Positions 47,949 to 57,949 of a DNA stretch of 64,000 nucleotides are shown in pieces. Where the stretch lies: positions 1 through 64,000 of IMG/VR virus record IMGVR_UViG_3300019487_000026; one strand, written 5' to 3'. Source of the stretch: a virus. Each line of letters begins with the position of its first letter. Positions within the stretch are counted from its first letter, which is position 1. The notes below the pieces were generated by a model that did no database searches, was not told the origin of the DNA, and was given only the letters and a program-made list of their open reading frames with translations. The position numbers were made by a program, and so were the translations under genes.

Positions 47949-49604
47949 GTGAAATTAAATACCCTTTTCGAAGCCAAGACCCCACGCGAACAGCTCGCCG
48001 ATCTCAAGCAACAGCGGATCGACAATAAAAAAGAGCGGTTGGACCTGTACAATCAGATTGAAGCGCTTGCTAAGGTTGACGCGAAAGCAGTAGGTATTAA
48101 CACTACCCACTCAGACTGGATCGCAAAATTCAACAGCGCCGTCCCAGGCGCTGTTCACGTTTACTCATATCTGAAGGAACAACCGATCCGGTATTTTTAT
48201 TTCAGGCCAAGTTCGCCTAACCTCCGAACTGCTGAAGACCTTCGAAAGAAAATGCATGGTCTTCGATGGGATGACCGGAAGCTTCGGCGTTCGGTAATCC
48301 ACAAGAAAAGGGAAGTCGAAGCAAGCGATCCATCGAAGCCAAAAGGCTTTTTCATGCCGACAACTACTACGGCGGCCGAGCAGCAGGAAATGAAGGAACA
48401 CGTTGAGCGACTCTTCCACTCTGTTGAACAGTTGCAACATCACCTGTACCGATTCGAAAGGTCTAGACCCACTGGGGGTGGCGTTGAATATGTATCCGTC
48501 CTATCCCAGCACCGTTACACCAAGATGCGAAAACTGTTGGATGAAGTTAAAACCCTTCTCAATCTTGACTGGGCATACGTGCCCGTTCACTGGCGCCACA
48601 ATTTGCTTCGGAACGTTTACGTTTCGCCCAGCCTAAAGGATAAGGTCGAAGTGCTCGTCCAAGCATATAATCACACACTCGACAAACTGGATCGCAAATT
48701 TAAAGAGTACAAATACGTTGCTGTCAAGGGTGCAGTCTCGGAAGAAGATGAAGAAACAGACGACGAACTTGTCAATCCATCCGCACTGAAGGGGGAGTTG
48801 GCCGAGCTTAAAAAAAAACATAAGGAGCTTGGAACACAAGTAACAAAACTAGCCAACGACCTTCATGATGTTGCGTTCAAGGAAGAACGGGCTAATGGAT
48901 GGTCGTACCTCGCAGCACCCAGTGGCCGGCCGCACCCATACGGATTTGTTCTTCGAATCACCAATCGATATGCAAAGCGTCATGAATATTATTTCACGAA
49001 TCGAACTACTTACGACGAAGCTGTAAAGATTGCTCGTGAGATGAATAAGAATCGTCGAATGCAACACGATACCTTTAAGGCATATAAAAGTAAGAAGCGG
49101 GAACTTGAAGGGTCAGCGGCAACAGCTGGTCTGACAGTAGGAAAGAAACCAAAAGGTATGGCTCTAGATCCCAATATGCCTTTCGCAGATCTTGACGCCT
49201 TGGCGAAGGATCGTCGCGAACATTTGTCGAAAGTGTATGATTCGGTTGCATTCTTGCACGCTCATCTTGGTCGGCTTGAGGATAAATTCAAAGATATACA
49301 CGTCATCGCCGGCGGAAGTGCAACACACATTGACATATTATCGTCAGCGAAGCATACAGCGTTGCGAAAGGCTATTTTCTTTGTTGACAAGGAGCTTGCG
49401 CTGTCAGCAAGTGATGTGATCGGCTGGCCTGTGAAAACAGCCTATATTGTTGACACGCATGCTGCAGAATTCAGAGAAGCTGCAAAGCATTTTGAGCATC
49501 GAGCCGACCAACTTATTAAGGCTGTCAAGCAATATGAGTACATTCGTGATGAGTGGTTCAAGCGTAGGGTTGAAGAGAAGCGCAAGGCTACGGCAACCCC
49601 ATAA
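47949..49604 (+). CDS. Hypothetical protein with two similar halves (MKLNTLFE N-terminus)
   Basis: GGAG SD; LA.LK..K..L..K.RE.E..K.KG..L..HL.R.E..GG..LS..H recurs twice. Confidence 0.75.
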   Translation: MKLNTLFEAKTPREQLADLKQQRIDNKKERLDLYNQIEALAKVDAKAVGINTTHSDWIAKFNSAVPGAVHVYSYLKEQPIRYFYFRPSSPNLRTAEDLRKKMHGLRWDDRKLRRSVIHKKREVEASDPSKPKGFFMPTTTTAAEQQEMKEHVERLFHSVEQLQHHLYRFERSRPTGGGVEYVSVLSQHRYTKMRKLLDEVKTLLNLDWAYVPVHWRHNLLRNVYVSPSLKDKVEVLVQAYNHTLDKLDRKFKEYKYVAVKGAVSEEDEETDDELVNPSALKGELAELKKKHKELGTQVTKLANDLHDVAFKEERANGWSYLAAPSGRPHPYGFVLRITNRYAKRHEYYFTNRTTYDEAVKIAREMNKNRRMQHDTFKAYKSKKRELEGSAATAGLTVGKKPKGMALDPNMPFADLDALAKDRREHLSKVYDSVAFLHAHLGRLEDKFKDIHVIAGGSATHIDILSSAKHTALRKAIFFVDKELALSASDVIGWPVKTAYIVDTHAAEFREAAKHFEHRADQLIKAVKQYEYIRDEWFKRRVEEKRKATATP

Positions 49605-49631
49605 ATACCGGACAAGTGAGGCCCAAATAGC

Positions 49632-49835
49632 ATGAAAATACAAGAAGTTGTCAAGCCTATTCCGCCGATGCCGCCCGAAGAGCCCCAACGCTTGACTGAA
49701 CAAGCTGTATTAGGGGATATTGTACTCTATGGTCTCGATCCGGCGGATCCTGATTACCGTAAGATTGCTGCAAAAATTAAACGATTTGAGCAAACAGACC
49801 CCCGTCTGTTTCACAAAATCATTTCGCTGGGTTGA
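49632..49835 (+). CDS. Small hypothetical protein (MKIQEV, LTE)
   Basis: Late motif, GAGG SD. Confidence 0.65.
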   Translation: MKIQEVVKPIPPMPPEEPQRLTEQAVLGDIVLYGLDPADPDYRKIAAKIKRFEQTDPRLFHKIISLG

Positions 49836-49846
49836 GGATGAGTAAA

Positions 49847-50770
49847 ATGCGTCTCCTAAAGGACATCTACGAAATGGCACGAACAGCACAAGTATGCGCG
49901 AACTGTGGTCGTGAGCTTGGTGTAGGAAAGAACCATTTCTACTACAAAGATAAAACCACAGGTACAGCCAAATACAAGTGCAAGGGAACAGGTACTTTCT
50001 TCTCAGCTGCAGCTCCTGGAACTGCTCCAAGCACTCCTGGTGCTTCGACTGCTCTTCCAACAGCACCAGCCGCGACACCAGCACCGACAACTCCACGAGT
50101 TCCAACACCAGCAAAAGCACCCAGGGCGCCGATTCCGGGGGGTTCGGGCACCGATCGAATCAAGCAGTGGCTCGACGAGCACAAGATTACTGGATATACG
50201 ATTCGAAGTGATGGTCTAGTTGATGTTTCGGGCCATGTGATTCTCAATGGATACGGAGAGTCGACGCTTCCGGTCAAATTTGGAAAGATCACTGGTGAAT
50301 TCCATGCTGGTGCAACTGCTCTGACAACAATGGATGGCATGCCTTCACACACAACCGGCGACTGCATGCTTGACACATCGAAATTCACATCATGCCACGG
50401 TCTACCAGCCAATATGGAATGTGAAGGATCGTTTGCTTTGTTTGGCAACAAACAGATGACGAGCTTGGATGGGATGAACATCAAAACAGTTGGAAAGATT
50501 CTTTATCTTTCAAAGCTACCTCTGATCAAAGACCTGAAAGATATTCACGAGCGTGTTCATCATGTTGGGGAAACGATCGTCCTCGCAAAGACGCCAATCG
50601 AATCACACGTCTTGGGACTTATGTTGATTCCTGGTCTGAAGAACGTTGAGGGACTAGAACCAAAAGGCGTACTGGACATTTTAAACAAATACCTAGCTGG
50701 AGATCGAGATCTTTATATGTGTCAAGATGAGCTGATCGACGCCGGGTTTCTACCGTTTGCGAAGCTCTAA
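49847..50770 (+). CDS. Zn-finger, Pro-rich linker and LRR-like repeat protein
   Basis: C..C..H..C; PAPT linker; LTTMDGMP / MTSLDGM repeats; GAGGA SD. Confidence 0.7.
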   Translation: MRLLKDIYEMARTAQVCANCGRELGVGKNHFYYKDKTTGTAKYKCKGTGTFFSAAAPGTAPSTPGASTALPTAPAATPAPTTPRVPTPAKAPRAPIPGGSGTDRIKQWLDEHKITGYTIRSDGLVDVSGHVILNGYGESTLPVKFGKITGEFHAGATALTTMDGMPSHTTGDCMLDTSKFTSCHGLPANMECEGSFALFGNKQMTSLDGMNIKTVGKILYLSKLPLIKDLKDIHERVHHVGETIVLAKTPIESHVLGLMLIPGLKNVEGLEPKGVLDILNKYLAGDRDLYMCQDELIDAGFLPFAKL

Positions 50771-53700
50771 TGGACAAGAAGAATCAAGTCGTAAAACTGA
50801 TGGGTAAGACGATGCGCCACATGGCGGGCCGTTCACAAGGCCGCTACAAAGGTGCAGGTCTTCTACTCGCAGGTGATCCGGGGGTGGGGAAGGCCCAACC
50901 ATTGTATTCAAAAGTGTTAACGCCAACTGGTTGGAAGACAATGGGCGAGGTTGTTATCGGTGATGATGTTATTACACCGTCTGGGGATGTTGCGAAAATT
51001 ACGGGCGTGTTTCCGCAGGGTAAGAAAGACATTTATACTATCACGTTTCACGACGGCAGTCAAACGCAATGTTGCAAAGAACACCTCTGGAAGTGTTATT
51101 ATTCACCATATTCTACACAACCAGCGGAAGAACATATTGTTTCAACGGAGCAACTTATAGACTTGCTCAACACAATGAAAAATAAAGGTTATAACAACAA
51201 TATTTCAATTCCTCTCACAACAGCAGTTGAATATTCGACTCAAAATTATGAGATTGATCCATATGTTTTGGGAGCACTATTGGGTGATGGATCACTATGT
51301 GGTAGCACGATCCGGTTTACATCTGTCGACAGGGAAATTGTCGAACGTATCCAAACGTTTTTGCCAGAGCAAATGCAAATTAATAACATTTCTGGATCCG
51401 TAAAAGAACATTTGATTGTGCGGAAACCAGAATTTTTTAGAACACGCCAAGAAAGCAAATTTGTTTCTATACTGAAAAAACTTGAATTATACGATAAACA
51501 TTCACACGAAAAGTTTATCCCTGATGTCTACAAACACGGTTCTGTTGACCAGCGGTTTGCTCTTTTACAAGGTTTGATGGATACAGACGGGACAGCCACC
51601 ACACAACAAGGACGACCCTCCTTTTGCTCAACAAGCTATCGTCTTGCAAGAGACGTGCAAGAATTAGTGTGGTCGCTTGGTGGTTGCGCATCTATTAGCA
51701 CAACACACCCAACTTACACCTATAGGGGTGAAAAACATCAAGGAAAAACAGCATATGTTGTGCTGATAGCACATCCAACACCAAAAATGCTTTTCTCGTT
51801 GTCTCGCAAGAAAGACCTGTGTCGTGAGACACACGGTAATGATCGTATTACCTTACGACGACGTGTTGTTTCTATTCAACAAACTGGATATGAAGAAGCC
51901 CAATGTATTTTAGTTGATCATCCCGATCATCTGTATATAACTGATGGTTATATCGTTACACACAACACGACATTCGTTGAGCTCATGTCGGGCTTGCTTG
52001 GCCTTCCAGCAGTCATCATTGAGATTCCCCACATTACGGAAGAACACTTGATCAATATTCCGTTCATCGTTTATAACGATGTCGACAACACTACAAAGCA
52101 AGGTGTGTCGCAAATGAAACCAGCAGGCCAGGGATCTGACGAATATGAGTTGGTTCTGGCACAGTCGAATTTGTACACGCAAATTATGGCTGAGAAGAAA
52201 ACTCCTGATGCGGAGTATCTCAAGAAGATGAAAACAGCTCCTCGCTATGTGCAAGATATGTTCCGCTTTTACGGTGGAAACGAAACAACAATTCCGCCGG
52301 TAATTCATGCTCTTCGTTCGAAATATGAAAACCTTCTCTTCTTGGATGAATATTATCGCAATACGTCAATGCGTATTCGAAACATCTTGCGTTCGCTGCT
52401 GAACCGTAAGATCGGTAGCCACCCACTACCCAAAACAACGTACATTATCTATGCATCAAACATGAACGATGCTGGTCTTGAAGATATTCCGGACAATCAT
52501 CAATTCAAAGAAATGGAATATAAGACTCCTTCAAAGAATGACTGGTTTGACTGGTTAGAATCCAACGTTGTCCACAAAACTGGGAAGCCCCTACAACCTG
52601 AAGTTCTTCAGACCTTTCGGACGCTTCTAAAAGACGAAGACATGAGTCATACGGATGTCGACACAGGGATTCGCACCTCACCTCGACGCTGGGAACAGTT
52701 GATTCTGTACGTGAATGCAGCGTTGCCAGTTGACAACCAAGCAGAGGCAAAGGCTTTGCTGACGAACGTACGAAACAACTTCATTGGTTTTGAACATGGA
52801 GCTGATGACAAGTGGCGTCACAGTAGTATTGAAAAGAAAGTTGTCAAGGCAGTGGCAAAACTGATTCAAACAACTTCTAGTATCACGACAGCACCCACCG
52901 ACGTGCATGAAATGCATGATTGGCGAGAAACTCTAACACATCAACTTCGTATGCGAATGCGGTTGGGTGATCATCGTAAGTATGTGCCGGTCGTTTCGGG
53001 TCCTCCAGGTATTGGTAAGACAACACAAGCTGAAATCATTGCAACTAAAATTGCGAATGAACACGGCTGCAAGTTCGGTCTTCGGGTGATTGACATCGAC
53101 ATTGGGGAAATCTTTTCAGAAGATGCAACAGGTCTGCCTCTTCCTGGTCGTCGTTTTGAAGAGCACGGACAACGTCAAATCACTGTGAAATTCTCATTTC
53201 CTAAACTGTATCATCAAATCATGACGATGATTAAGGAAAAGGATCATGATTTTATTGAGTCCTTGAAAGACGAACACGGAGACGAAGCACCGAAATATAT
53301 TCAAGAATACGAAAAACAACGCTGGAAGTACCTGATCTTCTTTGACGAAATTAACCGTGTCGACGAAAACACGTTTAATGCGTTGCGGCGTGTCATTCTC
53401 GAAAAGAACTTCGGTCCTGCTGGTGATGCTCACGGTTCGATGCTAAAACTTCCGAAGGAAGCAATTATCTTTGCTGCAATGAATCCAGAAGGAACTGGTA
53501 CAATTCCATTAACGGCTCACTTTCGTGATGTTGTTGATCTGGTTCCGTCAAAGGGCTCATGGCAAATGACGAGAGCATACCTCCGTACGCTTTCATCCGG
53601 CAAAGGCAATCTTCGTGATGTTGCTCTAAACATTGCGGACGCGTTCGTCGATAAATTCAAGAGTCGCGATTCGAAATATCATTCTCAAGAAACAGCATTT

Positions 53701-54480
53701 TGGTTGGATATTGGAACGCCCGTGTATATTTCACCTCGTGAATATGAAGACGTTATTGAGACGCTTGTTGATGAAATGGAAGCTGGAATCAAGGACGCCC
53801 TTGATGATCCTGATATGAAGGAGGAAGGCTTACGAGATGCGATGGACGATGTTGTTGGTGAAGCACTAGAAGATTCCTTGGCATTCTCGTTCCGAAAAGG
53901 TCATACGAATAAAGAGGAATTCATGGCAAAGGTACGGCCGTGGGTTGCTTCTCTTGATGATCGCGTGTTTGGCGGCCTTGTCTCGAAGAAAACCAAGGCA
54001 CCGACAATGGCAGAGTCGCTGGCTCGATACTTCGAAGGGACCGACTTGACGCACATGAGTGACGACGCGAACTTTGCGCACATCAATTTAAGCGCCAATA
54101 ATGCTCAGTTTGTTGAAGAAGTTAAAGAACTGCTCACAACACGCTTTACCGATGATGCATCCGTGCAGAAGTATTTGCTTGAAAAAACGCACTCCAAGAT
54201 CGTTCTTGATAAAGCTGGTCGCCAACTGAAGACCAACCCAGGCGAAAAGGTTTCCCTCTTTACGAATTTCGTGTATGCTGTCCTTTATACGCTGCACATT
54301 CACAATCATCAGTTCGATCGCCTTGTAGCGCTCGGAAAGGCAATTTCACAGTCGTTCTCCAACATTGTGAAAACCTTGGAGCAAAAAGGTCGCTTGAGTG
54401 CTGACATTAAACGTCAGACTGACCGTGAGGTGACGCGGATCCGAACAGAAGTACCTGAACTTGTTCAAAGCTTGACGTAA
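50770..54480 (+). CDS. Tandem MoxR-like AAA+ ATPase with an intein
   Basis: GDPGVGK/TT, LFLDEYYR, ASN, SPRRW; second module GPPGIGKT, FFDEINR, AMNP, SPRE. Confidence 0.85.
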   Translation: MDKKNQVVKLMGKTMRHMAGRSQGRYKGAGLLLAGDPGVGKAQPLYSKVLTPTGWKTMGEVVIGDDVITPSGDVAKITGVFPQGKKDIYTITFHDGSQTQCCKEHLWKCYYSPYSTQPAEEHIVSTEQLIDLLNTMKNKGYNNNISIPLTTAVEYSTQNYEIDPYVLGALLGDGSLCGSTIRFTSVDREIVERIQTFLPEQMQINNISGSVKEHLIVRKPEFFRTRQESKFVSILKKLELYDKHSHEKFIPDVYKHGSVDQRFALLQGLMDTDGTATTQQGRPSFCSTSYRLARDVQELVWSLGGCASISTTHPTYTYRGEKHQGKTAYVVLIAHPTPKMLFSLSRKKDLCRETHGNDRITLRRRVVSIQQTGYEEAQCILVDHPDHLYITDGYIVTHNTTFVELMSGLLGLPAVIIEIPHITEEHLINIPFIVYNDVDNTTKQGVSQMKPAGQGSDEYELVLAQSNLYTQIMAEKKTPDAEYLKKMKTAPRYVQDMFRFYGGNETTIPPVIHALRSKYENLLFLDEYYRNTSMRIRNILRSLLNRKIGSHPLPKTTYIIYASNMNDAGLEDIPDNHQFKEMEYKTPSKNDWFDWLESNVVHKTGKPLQPEVLQTFRTLLKDEDMSHTDVDTGIRTSPRRWEQLILYVNAALPVDNQAEAKALLTNVRNNFIGFEHGADDKWRHSSIEKKVVKAVAKLIQTTSSITTAPTDVHEMHDWRETLTHQLRMRMRLGDHRKYVPVVSGPPGIGKTTQAEIIATKIANEHGCKFGLRVIDIDIGEIFSEDATGLPLPGRRFEEHGQRQITVKFSFPKLYHQIMTMIKEKDHDFIESLKDEHGDEAPKYIQEYEKQRWKYLIFFDEINRVDENTFNALRRVILEKNFGPAGDAHGSMLKLPKEAIIFAAMNPEGTGTIPLTAHFRDVVDLVPSKGSWQMTRAYLRTLSSGKGNLRDVALNIADAFVDKFKSRDSKYHSQETAFWLDIGTPVYISPREYEDVIETLVDEMEAGIKDALDDPDMKEEGLRDAMDDVVGEALEDSLAFSFRKGHTNKEEFMAKVRPWVASLDDRVFGGLVSKKTKAPTMAESLARYFEGTDLTHMSDDANFAHINLSANNAQFVEEVKELLTTRFTDDASVQKYLLEKTHSKIVLDKAGRQLKTNPGEKVSLFTNFVYAVLYTLHIHNHQFDRLVALGKAISQSFSNIVKTLEQKGRLSADIKRQTDREVTRIRTEVPELVQSLT
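50893..51966 (+). mobile_element. Class 3 (Ala1, WCT) LAGLIDADG intein
   Basis: Starts AQPL; block B EHLW, block F AQCI, block G VTHN/T; LGALLGDG, LQGLMDTDG. Confidence 0.88.
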
Positions 54481-54489
54481 GGGTGGATC

Positions 54490-56385
54490 ATGGGACGAGC
54501 AGCGTTTGCACGATTTGAGCGGCTGACGGAAGCGTCATCTCCACCTTTGTATAGAAAACGTGCCGCGCCTGGCGAGGTCAAGTTCTCTAAGTCTTCGTTC
54601 ACAGATCCCTTCATTCAAAAAATGCTGACACTGATCGGTGGAGTGGCAAAAAAGACTCCTGCAGAACTTGAAAAAGAGATTCAGGCGTATATCGACACCG
54701 AGCTTGCGCCGGCGGCAAAGAAAGCGCCTCTCTTGTATCATACGATGATGGACAATGCTATCGAAGGTGAAGTCTTCAAGAAGTTTGAAGAGATAGCGTA
54801 CGATAGTGGTGCGCCAACACTCAATCTACCAACGTTTTTGCTTCTCGTAAACTGGATTGCGGCGGATCACGACGAGGTTTGGCCTCTGCGTGGTTATATC
54901 GATCGGCGTCGTCTAGCAAACCCACGCTATACATGGTCAGGAACACCACTTGCTGGATGTAATATCGTTCCCCAAAAGGGACGTCCGTATGATTCAATCA
55001 AAACTGCTGCGGCAACACCAGGTGGTGAATTTATCTTCAACTTGCAGTTCGTTCAGAAGTGGCTCGACTGGGCTCATCTGAAAGGTGTTCGCGGGCCAGG
55101 CAAGAAATATATGTCCAACGGTGGAAAGATTCCGGACGCATATGTGTTTATCGAATTCCTGATCCTTCACGAATTCTTCCACTATTCAAATGATGACTTT
55201 TACTACCAGAAGGTCATCCCGAAAGCCAATCCAAAGATTATCAACTGGGTTGGGGATTTCCGGTCGAATTATTTTCTTGTGAAGAGTGGTTATCCACAAC
55301 CACCAATTGGTCTGTTTAATGATTTGATCAATTACGATCGACAACCCGATTACGTTACGATGTACAACCTCGTCAAGGAGCAAATGGAAAAGCTCCGAGA
55401 TCCCGATCTCGAGAAAAAGATCCAAGACATTATGGATGGGATGTCCGACGATCACGGACCTGGGTCGGAAGAGGGCGAAGAGGCTGAGGTCGATCCAAAC
55501 ACGACTGCAGAAGATCTCGACAAACACGGAAAGCAAGTTCAGGACAAAGCTTCCAAGTCCGAAGACACCAGCGCCGAAGAGCGAGAGGCAAAAGAAAAAG
55601 AAAACGCAGAGCAGGACCAAAAGGAACGCGAGCGTGCTGAAAAAGGTCGTCGAGAAAAAGGCGGAAAAGCACAAGGTGTTGACTATTCGAAGATTGCCCC
55701 CGACTATAAGTGGGATCAACTCGTCGACCGATTTGTCAAGTCTTCAAAGATACTGAAACAGTTCAGTTATCGTCGTCCTAGCCGACGAAACGTGACGGGA
55801 TTAGATGTCCTTCGCCAACAAAAAGCTGCTGCCCTGAAACCATCTGAAGTAGCGATGGAACACGTTGATCTAAACTTGTGTTTCGTTCTGGACTGCTCCG
55901 GATCGATGCTTGGAAATGTCAAGAAAGTATTCGTCAATGCTCGATCGCTTTTGACAGACCGTAAATTTGAAAAGTCTGAGGTGTACGTGTTGAAATTTAG
56001 CGATCAACATGAACTATACAAGGGTGTGTTCAAGACGAACAAGGCGCGAAAGATTGAAGACATTGCAAAAGATCGATTTGGTCCTTACAACACGACGATG
56101 GATACCGTGTTTGCGACGGCTCGTGGGGGTGGTACGGAAATTAATGCGGCGTCGGCAGCCGATATGGCAACGCTGATGAAGTTAGGCTACAATTGTCTAG
56201 TGTGTACCGATACCGATATTTTGTGGGAGCACAACTTAACGTTGATGATGGATCTTTTCAAGAAATTTCCGCGCCATATGTTTCTAATCATGGTTGATCG
56301 TCGCTGCTATATTCAATGGCGCCAAAAAACTGGCATTGCAACACCAAATATTTCTCACTTCCCTGGTGGTCGATCCGATTACTAA
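54490..56385 (+). CDS. Metallopeptidase-vWA protein (partner of the MoxR-like ATPase)
   Basis: TAA.T, LILHEFFH, charged linker, MIDAS DCSGS, GGT, TD. Confidence 0.82.
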   Translation: MGRAAFARFERLTEASSPPLYRKRAAPGEVKFSKSSFTDPFIQKMLTLIGGVAKKTPAELEKEIQAYIDTELAPAAKKAPLLYHTMMDNAIEGEVFKKFEEIAYDSGAPTLNLPTFLLLVNWIAADHDEVWPLRGYIDRRRLANPRYTWSGTPLAGCNIVPQKGRPYDSIKTAAATPGGEFIFNLQFVQKWLDWAHLKGVRGPGKKYMSNGGKIPDAYVFIEFLILHEFFHYSNDDFYYQKVIPKANPKIINWVGDFRSNYFLVKSGYPQPPIGLFNDLINYDRQPDYVTMYNLVKEQMEKLRDPDLEKKIQDIMDGMSDDHGPGSEEGEEAEVDPNTTAEDLDKHGKQVQDKASKSEDTSAEEREAKEKENAEQDQKERERAEKGRREKGGKAQGVDYSKIAPDYKWDQLVDRFVKSSKILKQFSYRRPSRRNVTGLDVLRQQKAAALKPSEVAMEHVDLNLCFVLDCSGSMLGNVKKVFVNARSLLTDRKFEKSEVYVLKFSDQHELYKGVFKTNKARKIEDIAKDRFGPYNTTMDTVFATARGGGTEINAASAADMATLMKLGYNCLVCTDTDILWEHNLTLMMDLFKKFPRHMFLIMVDRRCYIQWRQKTGIATPNISHFPGGRSDY

Positions 56386-56921
56386 AGGTCGGTAGATCGA
56401 ACGTATTCCATGACCCCTTTACATTCGGGGCATTCTGGAAGTTTCAACTTACCCTCGAAAGCTCCATGCTTTTTTTGACCGAAAACTTTTGGCTTCAAGC
56501 AATCCAAGCAACGATACAAGTGCAGTCGCTTTGCCTGTGAAGGAGGCATATGGACGTGAACGTCTGTATAAATCTCTGGCTTTACGCCAAACTGTTTCAT
56601 AATCTGAATCCACTCGATTCCATGTGGCTTGGAGTTTGGATGCATGATATTCTGTGCTAGGTGTGCTACTTCGTGTGGTACGATTGTTTCGATGAACTCT
56701 TGAGAATCCTGTACAATATAATATGGATTGAAACTGATACGAGTTTTAACGATTGCCCCTTCCGCATCGCTATACGTGAACGTTTGGGCAGCAACCGTAC
56801 CTCGTTGTGTGTAATCGATTTCGGGGGAAGGAATTTGAACATCAAGCAAGGAATTTGCCTTGTTCACCCAGTACGTGGTGTGGTCCTCGATTTTGTCTTT
56901 AAGCAATGGATCAATCATCAC
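56382..56921 (-). CDS. SprT-family zinc metalloprotease
   Basis: RGT.A, PHEVAH, PHG.EW..IM, C-terminal C..C. Confidence 0.85.
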   Translation of the reverse strand: MMIDPLLKDKIEDHTTYWVNKANSLLDVQIPSPEIDYTQRGTVAAQTFTYSDAEGAIVKTRISFNPYYIVQDSQEFIETIVPHEVAHLAQNIMHPNSKPHGIEWIQIMKQFGVKPEIYTDVHVHMPPSQAKRLHLYRCLDCLKPKVFGQKKHGAFEGKLKLPECPECKGVMEYVRSTDL

Positions 56922-57016
56922 AGTTCTCCCCCTATATTTAGCTGTTGTTGGTTGACAACCCTTTCCACTTTTGTTTATGCTTGAACACGAAATAGGTTCC
57001 GCAAATAGGAGATCTC

Positions 57017-57790
57017 ATGGACGAAGTCAAACGGAAGAAAATTGAAACACTAGCGAAGTGGGGCATTGCACTCGTTGGTGCTGCGGTGATTGCGCCTGTA
57101 ATCTTTCTTTCGATTAAAGGTTTAATCGGTCTGATTATTGCTTTCGTCATCGGTTCAACTGCAATCGCATTTGCTCCGTGGTTTGCGATGAAACTAGCAA
57201 ACTGGAAAGTTAAGGCTATCATGCACGAGGCACACGAAAGCCCAATCCCAACCCTGCTGAACCAGGTTCAAGAAAAATACCAAGCCCTCTCTCGATTTAA
57301 AGACAGCATCACAAACTTTCGCACGGAAATTGCAAATTTCGAAGAGAAAGTCAAATTGTTTTCCCAGCAGTATCCAGCAGAGGCTCCAAAGTTTGAGCAA
57401 CAACTCGAGGGGATGAAACGACTGCTACTCTACCGTGTCGACAAATACAAAGCCGCCAAGAAACAAACAGAAGAGTTCGAAATGGCTGTGGGTAAGGCTC
57501 GTGCACTGTGGGATATGAGTCAGGAAGCACAGCGAATGAACAAACTCGCTGGGATGCAAACAGGCGATCCATTTGAGAAGATCAAAACCGAAGTTGCTCT
57601 TGAGAGTGTTGTTTCATCCGTAAATCAGGCCTTCAGTGAACTGGAGACTGCTCTGATGGATGATGACACTGCCAAACAGCTCGCCACTAACCACACAACG
57701 GCCCTGGAATACAAACCAGTTCCGGCAACCGAAACAGTTGATTTTTCGCAACTTCCTGCTCAACCAGCCAAAATCAAGGTGCGTGCGTGA
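57017..57790 (+). CDS. Two-TM coiled-coil protein (PspA-like topology)
   Basis: AGGAG SD; two hydrophobic helices followed by a long coiled coil. Confidence 0.75.
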   Translation: MDEVKRKKIETLAKWGIALVGAAVIAPVIFLSIKGLIGLIIAFVIGSTAIAFAPWFAMKLANWKVKAIMHEAHESPIPTLLNQVQEKYQALSRFKDSITNFRTEIANFEEKVKLFSQQYPAEAPKFEQQLEGMKRLLLYRVDKYKAAKKQTEEFEMAVGKARALWDMSQEAQRMNKLAGMQTGDPFEKIKTEVALESVVSSVNQAFSELETALMDDDTAKQLATNHTTALEYKPVPATETVDFSQLPAQPAKIKVRA

Positions 57791-57939
57791 AATTTCGAAT
57801 CATTGCTATTGTGATCCTTCTTGTCGTCTTGGGGGGATTAGCAGTTCTTGTCAGCCAAGACGACAGTAGACCTGTGCCTCAAAGTGCACCATCGTCTAAT
57901 CCAGATGATTCTGCATTGAAAGGGTTGAGAATTAATTAA
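57787..57939 (+). CDS. Small membrane-anchored protein
   Basis: GTGA overlap; MKFRIIAIVILLVVLGGLAVLV.. Confidence 0.6.
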   Translation: MKFRIIAIVILLVVLGGLAVLVSQDDSRPVPQSAPSSNPDDSALKGLRIN

Positions 57940-57949
57940 AGGAGATTTT

